From IMG/VR virus record IMGVR_UViG_3300033388_000817: a stretch of DNA of 64,000 nucleotides; one strand, given 5' to 3'. A program made the position numbers and the translations under genes. Below, piece by piece: positions 38,148-47,064 of this stretch. The DNA comes from an uncultured virus (IMG/VR IMGVR_UViG_3300033388_000817). Its lineage: Duplodnaviria; Heunggongvirae; Uroviricota; Caudoviricetes; Crassvirales. Each line of letters begins with the position of its first letter. Within the stretch, counting starts at the first letter, position 1. The notes under the pieces were generated by a model. That model was not told the origin of the DNA. It ran no database searches and saw nothing but the letters and a program-made list of their open reading frames with translations.

Positions 38148-38173
38148 CTCCAACAGTATAAAAAAAAACAACT

Positions 38174-39940
38174 ATGAGCGCATACGACAATCCTAAATTA
38201 ATAAACGACAAATCAGCTTTAGCTTGGGCAGCGGCGGCACAGCAAGTCAGTCAAGCTGTAGTTACAGGTTATCAGAATTATGTAGATTTTAAAATTAAAA
38301 ACGCTGAAACAGCTAGGAAAAAACAAGAAGTATTTGATTTAGCTTGGAACGAAGCTTCTTTAAAAGCTTACGAAAATGCTGACAAGACTTACGAAGATCT
38401 TGAAGACGCTGGTTTAGAAGACTCTTTAATAGCCAAAGGTAAAGAGATGCAAGTTAGACTAATGGAAGGTGTTGGTAAACCTGGTGACGATGATTACGTA
38501 ATGGGTTCTATAGAAGCTCAAACTATTTTAAAAACTAGAGGAGGTTTAACAAAAGAACAAAGAAAAGAATATAGTGATAAAGTTTCTGCTGCAAATAAAA
38601 ACTTAAGAGATTTACAAAACGATGCTGGTATAATACTATCAGACGTGCAAGATGTAGAATTATATAAAGATGGACCAGGTCCAGGTCGCGAATCAAACTG
38701 GGAAGGTGGTAATTTTCAAGAACAACTAGGTACTCAATTAGCAGCTTTTGGTTTATCAAACATTTCAGCTGAAGGAACAACTGTTAATAGCAAAGATTAT
38801 AGGAGATTAAGTAACGGTGATAGAGTAGTAGAAGTTGTAACTACAGTTGCAAAAGGTTCTAAAATATTAAAAGGTGGTTTAGGAGAAGGTGGATGGTTAG
38901 CAGAGGCTAAAAACAAAGATGCTAATAACACATATAAAGTAAATGAAGATGGTAGTGTTACTTTTACATGGAAGAAAAACATGAAAAACTGGGACGGTCA
39001 GTTGTTAAAAGCAACTGAAGCAGCCACTGATGGAAATCAAACTTTAGTAGATGCTAATATACTAGATAAATCAAAAGGTGAAATAACAGCTAGTTTTAAA
39101 ACAGCTTGGACGCCTGTTGGAGATACCATACGTACAGATGCTGGTAAAGTTAGAACTTTAGTAGCGTCTGAATTTATAGATATGAAAGGCATAGACAAGG
39201 CTTTAGAGAAACAATTAGATGGAAGATTAGCTAGTTTGTACGCTTTACCACCAAGAGATAAGAAAGCTTATATGGAACAACGCTTAGAAATGGGTGATAT
39301 TAATATTAACGAGTTTGTCCAACTAACAGAAGAACAGCAAAAATCGTGGTTAAGGTTAGCTGAAATAAATAAAATACGAGAAGACGCCGGATTAACTAGC
39401 TCTATGAATATCGACCAGTTAATGGCGAGTACAAATCCAGATACTAATAAAAAGTATACTCGTGAAGAGGCTGAAGATGAAGTAGGTGAAACACCTGGCT
39501 TTGGTTTTGTTAGAAGAGAATTAACAGACGACGACATAAAGCAACTAAAAGAAAGAGGTCTTACTAATTACAAAGCTGGTGAATATGGTTACTTCAAAGA
39601 ATCAGATCCATCTGTGTCTTATGCACCGCAAGGCGGTAGAGGTTTAAGCGCCGCTCAACAAACAGCCTTGTCTAATAAAAACGCTCAAGTAAATAGATTT
39701 GAAAATACAAACTTTAGAGGTGATATATTTAGCGCAGCTATGTCTGGTAGATTATCTAAACCACAAGCTGGTGATAGAAAAATAATGTCTTCTGGAAATA
39801 ATTGGAAACCAATGATATGGGTGAAGTCTAGTTCAGAAGGTGTAACAGGCGCTGGTGCTTGGGTAACTTCAAAACACAATGGAAAATCCTCATTTACTAA
39901 TGATGAAAGAGCACAGTTAGCAGATTACGTTGACTTATAA
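38174..39940 (+). CDS. internal virion protein
   Basis: 588 aa, located between ejection-type genes. Confidence 0.6.
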   Translation: MSAYDNPKLINDKSALAWAAAAQQVSQAVVTGYQNYVDFKIKNAETARKKQEVFDLAWNEASLKAYENADKTYEDLEDAGLEDSLIAKGKEMQVRLMEGVGKPGDDDYVMGSIEAQTILKTRGGLTKEQRKEYSDKVSAANKNLRDLQNDAGIILSDVQDVELYKDGPGPGRESNWEGGNFQEQLGTQLAAFGLSNISAEGTTVNSKDYRRLSNGDRVVEVVTTVAKGSKILKGGLGEGGWLAEAKNKDANNTYKVNEDGSVTFTWKKNMKNWDGQLLKATEAATDGNQTLVDANILDKSKGEITASFKTAWTPVGDTIRTDAGKVRTLVASEFIDMKGIDKALEKQLDGRLASLYALPPRDKKAYMEQRLEMGDININEFVQLTEEQQKSWLRLAEINKIREDAGLTSSMNIDQLMASTNPDTNKKYTREEAEDEVGETPGFGFVRRELTDDDIKQLKERGLTNYKAGEYGYFKESDPSVSYAPQGGRGLSAAQQTALSNKNAQVNRFENTNFRGDIFSAAMSGRLSKPQAGDRKIMSSGNNWKPMIWVKSSSEGVTGAGAWVTSKHNGKSSFTNDERAQLADYVDL

Positions 39941-39955
39941 TAAAAATAAATAAAT

Positions 39956-41953
39956 ATGTATGTAAACCCAGAAACGGGACAACGATACACGTATGACGAG
40001 CTAGTGGGTCTAGCTGGTGGTGTAGAACTTGTTGATCAATATATAAGCCAAAATGGCCTAGCTGAACTAGGTGATGTTGAGGAGATTGAAACTGAAAACA
40101 TAGATTTTCAACAAGTCACTGTACCAAATGCGGGTGCAAGTGTAGTGACGGATATAGATCCAGCACCCGAGAATACGGAATTAGATTTGGAAAATATTTC
40201 TTTGGCTTCAGCCACAGATGTATTTGATGAAGATCCTCTTAAAGAATTAAAAGAAGCTAAAGCTAATCTAGCTCATTTTAATAACGAACTATTTGATCCT
40301 AATAATGGTAGAGCAGGTTTAATTCAAAGAAAAAAATTAGAAAAACTAGTTAAAGATGCTCAGACTAAAATAGAGCAGGGAGATATAAACTTAGAAGTAC
40401 CTGAAACTATAATAAGAAAAGGTAATGAAGAGGTTATGCTGGCTTTACAAGGTGAATTTTCAGGTATTGTTTTTGATGATAACTCTTATTTTTTAGATGA
40501 CAAAATTACAGCTAATCTAGGTGGCAATAAAGTTACATTAGACTTAAATCCACTTACTGAAAAAGGTGAAAAAGAATTCTTTGAGAATTATAAAAAAATC
40601 CAAGAATACGAAAAAACAATTAAAGCCAAAAACGCTTTTGAACAAGGCGCATTTTCTAATATAATGAATGCTTTTGATAGCGGAGCTTTAAATGTTGAAG
40701 ATGTTAATGACAATCTAAAAGACACCGCTTATACATTTGAACCTGTAGAACAAGAAGGTTTTGTAATAGGTTATGAATTAAAACAAAACGGAAAAGTAGT
40801 AGCTAGCGATATATTTGATCAAGAAATAGACAGTCCAGTAAGAATAGGTAGTACCGATAGTATAGAAAATTATATAGCTAAAAACTTTACTAAAGAAGAT
40901 CTATCTAAGTCTATGGCTAACATGTATCCTTTGCTATCTACTCATTTAAAAACTTTAGATCTTGAAGAGACAAAACGTATTGATGCTGTAAATAGTAAGC
41001 CAGACGAAGAACTTTTTGATTACGATGTTTTATCTGGACAGTTTTCTAAACTTGCAGATATATTAAAAAATAAAGAGTATTTTACAGAGGCAGAACAAAA
41101 AGCAATAGATTATATGCTTAAGTTTTCTGCTAACCCCGAAGGAAGAGGTGAATATGTAGACTCTGGAAGTATGTTTACAGAAGACGAGTTGGTAATGCTT
41201 ACGCCTGAAGAGCAATTAGATTATGTACGTAATCTAGATTTTTTAGATACTATGCAGTTTGCTCATGAAGGAGTTAGAATTGATAATGCTGCTTTAAAAG
41301 AAAAACTTTTAAATAATAACTTATGGTCTAATGCTATAGACTATTCTGTTAAAACACAAAGAGAAGGAGCGATTGCTAAAGCAAAACAAACAGCCGCTGA
41401 ATCTGTTATGTATGATTATGACAGAAGAGAAAGAGAGTTAGTTAGAATAGGTTTGCTTGTACAAAACGCTGGTTATGACATTATAAAAGATGAAATTAAA
41501 AGTGAAGCAAAAATAATTCAAAACTATAATGACACAACAAGTTCTATTATAGAAGGTGAAATAAATTTAATAGCTAATAGCTTAAAAGATATACCAGCTA
41601 AAATAGGTTATACTAAGACAGATGGTATTGTAGATAATACTTTATTTTTTAATTTAGAAACTACAAAAGAATTAACAGAGGATCAACAGCAGGTATACGA
41701 CGAGGCTAACGCACGTTTAATGACCCTACAAAATACTTTAGGAAGATTAGAATCTGATTACAAAAAAACAGTAGAAAATTACGTTAATCATGTTGCTGAA
41801 GCTTCTCAATTTAGAGAAGGCACTAATGTTGTTGTCGGTAAAGACGAAGAAGGTAAAGACGTAAAAAGAAATATACTAAACGAATTTGGTAGTGTTTTTA
41901 AAGAATATGAAATAGGTAGTTTAGTTGCTTTACAGATGCTAGTTATAATATAG
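39956..41953 (+). CDS. giant internal virion protein, part 1 (frame break near 41930)
   Basis: The frame of the 42229 ORF is open back to 41920. Confidence 0.7.
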   Translation: MYVNPETGQRYTYDELVGLAGGVELVDQYISQNGLAELGDVEEIETENIDFQQVTVPNAGASVVTDIDPAPENTELDLENISLASATDVFDEDPLKELKEAKANLAHFNNELFDPNNGRAGLIQRKKLEKLVKDAQTKIEQGDINLEVPETIIRKGNEEVMLALQGEFSGIVFDDNSYFLDDKITANLGGNKVTLDLNPLTEKGEKEFFENYKKIQEYEKTIKAKNAFEQGAFSNIMNAFDSGALNVEDVNDNLKDTAYTFEPVEQEGFVIGYELKQNGKVVASDIFDQEIDSPVRIGSTDSIENYIAKNFTKEDLSKSMANMYPLLSTHLKTLDLEETKRIDAVNSKPDEELFDYDVLSGQFSKLADILKNKEYFTEAEQKAIDYMLKFSANPEGRGEYVDSGSMFTEDELVMLTPEEQLDYVRNLDFLDTMQFAHEGVRIDNAALKEKLLNNNLWSNAIDYSVKTQREGAIAKAKQTAAESVMYDYDRRERELVRIGLLVQNAGYDIIKDEIKSEAKIIQNYNDTTSSIIEGEINLIANSLKDIPAKIGYTKTDGIVDNTLFFNLETTKELTEDQQQVYDEANARLMTLQNTLGRLESDYKKTVENYVNHVAEASQFREGTNVVVGKDEEGKDVKRNILNEFGSVFKEYEIGSLVALQMLVII

Positions 41954-44900
41954 CTTTAGCTTTACCTACTTTATTTAATTCTGAATGGGCTATTAATGAG
42001 CAAAAAGCTTTACAAAGAAAAGAAGAGTATTATAAATCATCAGCAGCATATGATGATGCGTTTGGTGAAGGTGAATTTGGTTTATATTCTTTAAGAACTT
42101 TATTTCAACAAGCACCAAATATAATATTAGCTATTGGTACTGGATCTGCAGGTAATGCCTTAAAGCTTAGTGATGGTTTAGTTAAAACATCTATAGCGTC
42201 TACGTTTGGTGTAACTTCTGGTACAGACATGTATAGGAATCTTAGTGTTCAAGCTGATCTTTTGGACATGGCAAACAAACAAGTTGAAACTCTTAATGAT
42301 TTATGGGAGGCTGGTAGAATAGATCAATTTGATTATTCTCAAGGATTACTTGACGCAGAGAAAACTATAGCAATGGGTGAAATGACACCGTTTCAAATAG
42401 GCGCTGCTTCAGTTGCTACAGGTATAATAGAAGGTGGAGTTACTAGATATATAGGTTCTGCTAATAACACTTTTAAGTTTTTAAAAGATGTTAAAGGTCA
42501 AGGGCAAATTAATATATATAATCTATTTAATAAACCAAGTTTAAATGCTTGGGGTAGTTTTGCTATAGAAGGTGGTAAAAGAATTGGTGGTGAACTTGCA
42601 GAAGAAAACCTTATATACGGTGGAACACAAGGTATATCTGAATCTTTAATACTACAAAGAGATGCTGACTGGTCTCAATTTGATGATACTACTTTAGCTA
42701 CTCTTATAACAGCTGGGTTTGCAAACACATCTGGAATAGCTACATCAGCTATAACTCAAATGTCGGCTACTAAAAAGTTTAGAGAAAAAATAAACAAAGC
42801 TACGTCTGAGATACAAGAAATGGTTAACCTAATGAATGGTCCAGGTGTTAGTCAAAATCAAAGAAAAACATTTACCGCAGCTATAAAACAAAAGCTTATA
42901 GATATAGGAGTTGAGCAAACGGCTTTAGGCGTAGACGTAATAGCTTTAGGTTCTGAAAATGTAGTTGATCTAGTGGGTTTAAACGTATTAAAAAACAACT
43001 TACTTAGCGAAGCTGGTGTTACTCCTGATATGGATTCTAACCAGGCTCAAAACCAAATTGATAACTATAAAAAAGAAAAGTTAACTAACGTAGAGGCAGA
43101 AAGGTTTGATCAAAACTTAAACAGCTTAGATACAAACATAAACTCTATAAAAGAAGGTGATAAAAACTATGACAATGTAGAGACATTGTTAGGTGATGCA
43201 GGTAGAAAAGCTAGATTAAACTTAGATGAAAACACTCCTAACTGGAACGGTAAATTAGATAAGAGACAAGAACTCGCACTAGTTGTAGAAGAAATACACA
43301 GAATGGAGACTGAGTCTTATGTTAACAAGGCTAAAGAGGATACTGAAATACAAAAAGAGTGGGAGCAATTGAAAGACAACGCTGCTTCTAAGTATGAAGG
43401 TGATAAAAGAAAAAAAGAATACAAAGAAAAAATAAACGCTTTAAAAGATGCTTTCTATGCTCAAAGCGGTAGAGCTTTATTTGATCAAGACACTAGAGTA
43501 GTAACTGTATCTAGTGATATAGACTTTAAGGCAGATCAATTAATGGCTCGTGAAAACATAGGCGCTTTAAAAATAATTGAAATACCTAATATAGAAGATC
43601 AGATAAGCTACCTATATACACTAGCTGAAAACGGTAAGATAAACCCTAAAGACATAAGTCTTTTCACGGACAAGTTAAAACAAGGTGGAAATGGTTTTAT
43701 TGTAGACAATGAATATATTACAATAAATAAAGAGGCGGCAGATCAAGCCATGGAAAATGGAGACATCAGAGCTGGCGTTGTTGTATACCACGAGATTAGT
43801 CACGCTATAGATGAATCTTATTTTGATACTAAAGAAGAGTTTAATAAGTATACAGACAACCTCTACAAAGCTACATCAACTAGTGAAAACCCCGTATTAA
43901 GATCTTTAAATACAAAGGTTGAAAATGCTTTGTTAAGTAATGAAGAGTATTCAAATGATGCTAGAAATGATAAAGGCGAATTACTTCCTTTTAATGAAAG
44001 AGGTGATACGTTTAAAATAGAATATGCTGCAGAAATGCAATCACTTAGCTATGCTTTAGAAAAAGAATTAAACTTAGAAGATACCTATGGTACTCAAAAT
44101 ATACTAAGTAAGTTAGCTAATAGAGCTGGCTTTGGACTGAAAGTGAATACACCTGAAAAAGCTTTAAGTTATTTAATAGGAAACAATGCGGCTTTTAGAA
44201 GAGGTGAGTTTACCTCTCAAGTTAGAGCAAAGGTAGGTAAAGAAGGTATTAAACCTAGACAAGGAGTTAGTGACTCTAAGCAAATAGCTGATAGAATAAA
44301 CATTAGATTTGAAGGTAAAGAAAACTTTAAACCTATTCTACCTAAGGACGTAGATACTATGGTTAATAAAGTTGCTAATAGAGCATGGACTAGATTTGGT
44401 AGTGGAGTACCACTTAATATAAGAGAAGTACATTACAGTAGAAGAACGTACTTAGATCATGCGAAAAGTAAACTTCGTGAGATAGCATTGAAATGGAATC
44501 CAGATTTAGGAACTTTTAATAGTTACATGGCTAATACTGGTATGCAAAGAGCTAATGCATTTGCCACACAACTAGGTGTTCCAAAAGGAAAAGCCAATGT
44601 TAGAATAGGTGAAGACAATGCAGCTGAAAACGTGCGGTCAACAGACAACACAGAAACCTTAAGTAAAAGAGCCGAAGTAGAAGCTAAAGAAGTAAAACCT
44701 ACTTTAAAAGAAAAAGTAAAGTTTTCAAACCAAGCAGAGGTAGAAAGTAAACTAGAAGAAAAACTAAGTAAGGAAATTAGATATAGATTACCTAAGTACA
44801 ATGCTGATACTACTACAAAACAAAAAACTGATTTTGTAAATGAGTTAGGAAAAGGAATGCAAGGATCTTTTAAAATTATTATAGATGCAATGGGGGCTAG

Positions 44901-47064
44901 AAACAAAACCATAAATCTATATGAACAATTTTTAAATGACAACTATACTACATTGCTAGGGCCAAATGGTCTTACAACTACGTATCTAGCAAAAGCTTTT
45001 CCTTTAGCTGTAGAGAAGTATGTTAACGGCATGGGTTGGGTTAAGTATGATAAATGGAAAGGTAGAACAAAAGGCAGTAAAGACGGGCAAATAGATTTTT
45101 ACAGGTCTACTGAACTAGGTCCTATGGCTGGTAGCACCGCTGGTAATCAAAAAATACGAAGAGTAAAAGATATTAAAAACGCTATACCTTTAGCTAAATT
45201 TAAATCTAAATATATTAAACTTGATAATGGTAAGTTAAAAATACCTCAAATGCCTACAGAAGCTTTAGCTAAACAAATAGCTCAAGAGATAGGATTAGAC
45301 ATGTTTAATGAGCAGATACAAGATAATGACAGTGAAATAAGAAAAGACTTCATAGAACGTCAAGAGTTTTTTGGAGCTGATATATTAGATAATTACGTAG
45401 AGCAGTTAATGTATGATATATCTAGACCAAGCGTTAAAGATCAATTAGCTTTATTTACTGATGGCGAAAGAACAGACTGGTTAAATAATAGAACTAGGTT
45501 TTATGATGAGGTTAAAAAACTTAACCTACAAGAGTTAACTTCTACACAGATTAAAACAAAATTAAAAAATGCTCATAAAGCTGTTTATGGTGATAGATTT
45601 ACAAATGAACAACACATAGGTGTAGCAAATCAATTTGGCAACTTGCTTGTGCCGCAAAGAAAAACAGGTGTATTAGAAACAGAGCAAGAGTGGTTTGATT
45701 ATTTAGAAGCCGTAATAACAAACGTTGACAATGTAGAAAATGTTATAGCTTATACTAAGGCAGATCAGTCTGTAGCAAGCTCACTAAGGGATTCTAGTAC
45801 AATGGTAGAAGCTAGAGAGTTTGTAGAAAAAACATTATATCCTGCGTTAGTTAAGAAATATGGAAAACCTAAAGCTTTAGATTTAATGGTTGCTTTTACT
45901 CCAGCTTCTTTTAGTAATGGAACTACTATATTTGGAGATTTTATAGCTACAGAAAACAACGAATTAATAGGCGGTCAAAGACCTAATAAAACTCCTAGAG
46001 CAGGTGTGTTTGGGAATATTACCGACATTACTAGACTAATACAAAGAATAGATCCAGGCGTTGTTAGCATTGATAAAAAAGTTATAAAGTTTAACGATGG
46101 AAGACCTGACAGAAAAATAGACATAAATACTGGTGCTGATGTTCAAATGCAATATCTAAACGGTAAGTTTGAAAATAGTCAAGAGCTTCAAGATAAAAAC
46201 AAAGTAGACGCTGATTTAGCTTGGAATTTCTTTATAGAGTTTATGACGTCTTTGAAAAAGTCCGGTTTAAATAATAACACTGTAGCTTTGTTAATGGGTG
46301 TTATGAATGGTAGTAATAATAGTGCTCTTAGGTTGGCTGCTCCTGTATGGGGTAGGTCTACTAAAATGCCATATGATACTCTTAAGATACCTATGGTAAG
46401 AGATGGTAAGTTAGTAAAAAAACCTAATGGTGAACAAAAGTATGAACCAGCTTATAGATACGAGCATGCCATACCTGCTAGAGCTGTTTTGTTTTTTGCA
46501 TATGAATCTATATTCAATGGCAATAAAGAAATCAATCTAGACTTACTTAAAGACGATTACAGAGTTACTATTATCCCTGTTAAAGAAATGGACGATGTCT
46601 TAGGCAACACAGGTTTTACACAGTCAATGCTTATAGGTTATCAACCAGGTAAACAGGAGTGGTGGAAAAGATATTACAACATATTTACAAAAGGTAAAAT
46701 GCCTCTTGGTTTACAGTCTTACGAAACTGGAGATGTTGTAGGGCAAGAGTTTGAAGACTTTTATAATTCAACTAACGGAACAACTGGTGTTGCTTTAAAC
46801 GCGCAGCAAGTTATTGACAAAAATAACAACGCTGATATAGCAATGGAAAAAGCTAGACGAAGTCTTAAGGATTCTAAGAAAATAAAAAAGATTAGAATTT
46901 TTGATTTTGATGACACGTTAGCTCAAACAAAAAGTAATGTTTTATATACTATGCCTGATGGAACTACTGGTAAAATAGATGCTGGTACGTTTGCTAAAGA
47001 TGCAGGTAAAATGGAAGCAGAAGGAGCTGTGTGGGATTTTTCTGAGTTTAGCACAAGATGCTAG
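41920..47064 (+). CDS. giant internal virion protein, part 2 (HExxH, sigma-region-2-like segment, start of HAD domain)
   Basis: VVYHEISHAID; ALKWNPDLGTFNSYMA; IRIFDFDDTL. Confidence 0.75.
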   Translation, partial: FSCFTDASYNIALALPTLFNSEWAINEQKALQRKEEYYKSSAAYDDAFGEGEFGLYSLRTLFQQAPNIILAIGTGSAGNALKLSDGLVKTSIASTFGVTSGTDMYRNLSVQADLLDMANKQVETLNDLWEAGRIDQFDYSQGLLDAEKTIAMGEMTPFQIGAASVATGIIEGGVTRYIGSANNTFKFLKDVKGQGQINIYNLFNKPSLNAWGSFAIEGGKRIGGELAEENLIYGGTQGISESLILQRDADWSQFDDTTLATLITAGFANTSGIATSAITQMSATKKFREKINKATSEIQEMVNLMNGPGVSQNQRKTFTAAIKQKLIDIGVEQTALGVDVIALGSENVVDLVGLNVLKNNLLSEAGVTPDMDSNQAQNQIDNYKKEKLTNVEAERFDQNLNSLDTNINSIKEGDKNYDNVETLLGDAGRKARLNLDENTPNWNGKLDKRQELALVVEEIHRMETESYVNKAKEDTEIQKEWEQLKDNAASKYEGDKRKKEYKEKINALKDAFYAQSGRALFDQDTRVVTVSSDIDFKADQLMARENIGALKIIEIPNIEDQISYLYTLAENGKINPKDISLFTDKLKQGGNGFIVDNEYITINKEAADQAMENGDIRAGVVVYHEISHAIDESYFDTKEEFNKYTDNLYKATSTSENPVLRSLNTKVENALLSNEEYSNDARNDKGELLPFNERGDTFKIEYAAEMQSLSYALEKELNLEDTYGTQNILSKLANRAGFGLKVNTPEKALSYLIGNNAAFRRGEFTSQVRAKVGKEGIKPRQGVSDSKQIADRINIRFEGKENFKPILPKDVDTMVNKVANRAWTRFGSGVPLNIREVHYSRRTYLDHAKSKLREIALKWNPDLGTFNSYMANTGMQRANAFATQLGVPKGKANVRIGEDNAAENVRSTDNTETLSKRAEVEAKEVKPTLKEKVKFSNQAEVESKLEEKLSKEIRYRLPKYNADTTTKQKTDFVNELGKGMQGSFKIIIDAMGARNKTINLYEQFLNDNYTTLLGPNGLTTTYLAKAFPLAVEKYVNGMGWVKYDKWKGRTKGSKDGQIDFYRSTELGPMAGSTAGNQKIRRVKDIKNAIPLAKFKSKYIKLDNGKLKIPQMPTEALAKQIAQEIGLDMFNEQIQDNDSEIRKDFIERQEFFGADILDNYVEQLMYDISRPSVKDQLALFTDGERTDWLNNRTRFYDEVKKLNLQELTSTQIKTKLKNAHKAVYGDRFTNEQHIGVANQFGNLLVPQRKTGVLETEQEWFDYLEAVITNVDNVENVIAYTKADQSVASSLRDSSTMVEAREFVEKTLYPALVKKYGKPKALDLMVAFTPASFSNGTTIFGDFIATENNELIGGQRPNKTPRAGVFGNITDITRLIQRIDPGVVSIDKKVIKFNDGRPDRKIDINTGADVQMQYLNGKFENSQELQDKNKVDADLAWNFFIEFMTSLKKSGLNNNTVALLMGVMNGSNNSALRLAAPVWGRSTKMPYDTLKIPMVRDGKLVKKPNGEQKYEPAYRYEHAIPARAVLFFAYESIFNGNKEINLDLLKDDYRVTIIPVKEMDDVLGNTGFTQSMLIGYQPGKQEWWKRYYNIFTKGKMPLGLQSYETGDVVGQEFEDFYNSTNGTTGVALNAQQVIDKNNNADIAMEKARRSLKDSKKIKKIRIFDFDDTLAQTKSNVLYTMPDGTTGKIDAGTFAKDAGKMEAEGAVWDFSEFSTRC

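Noticed and set aside
46890..46925. Virion RNA polymerase DxDxD motif in the giant protein
   Set aside because: The sequence is DFDDTL (HAD motif I, DxDxT), with the downstream HAD motifs present.
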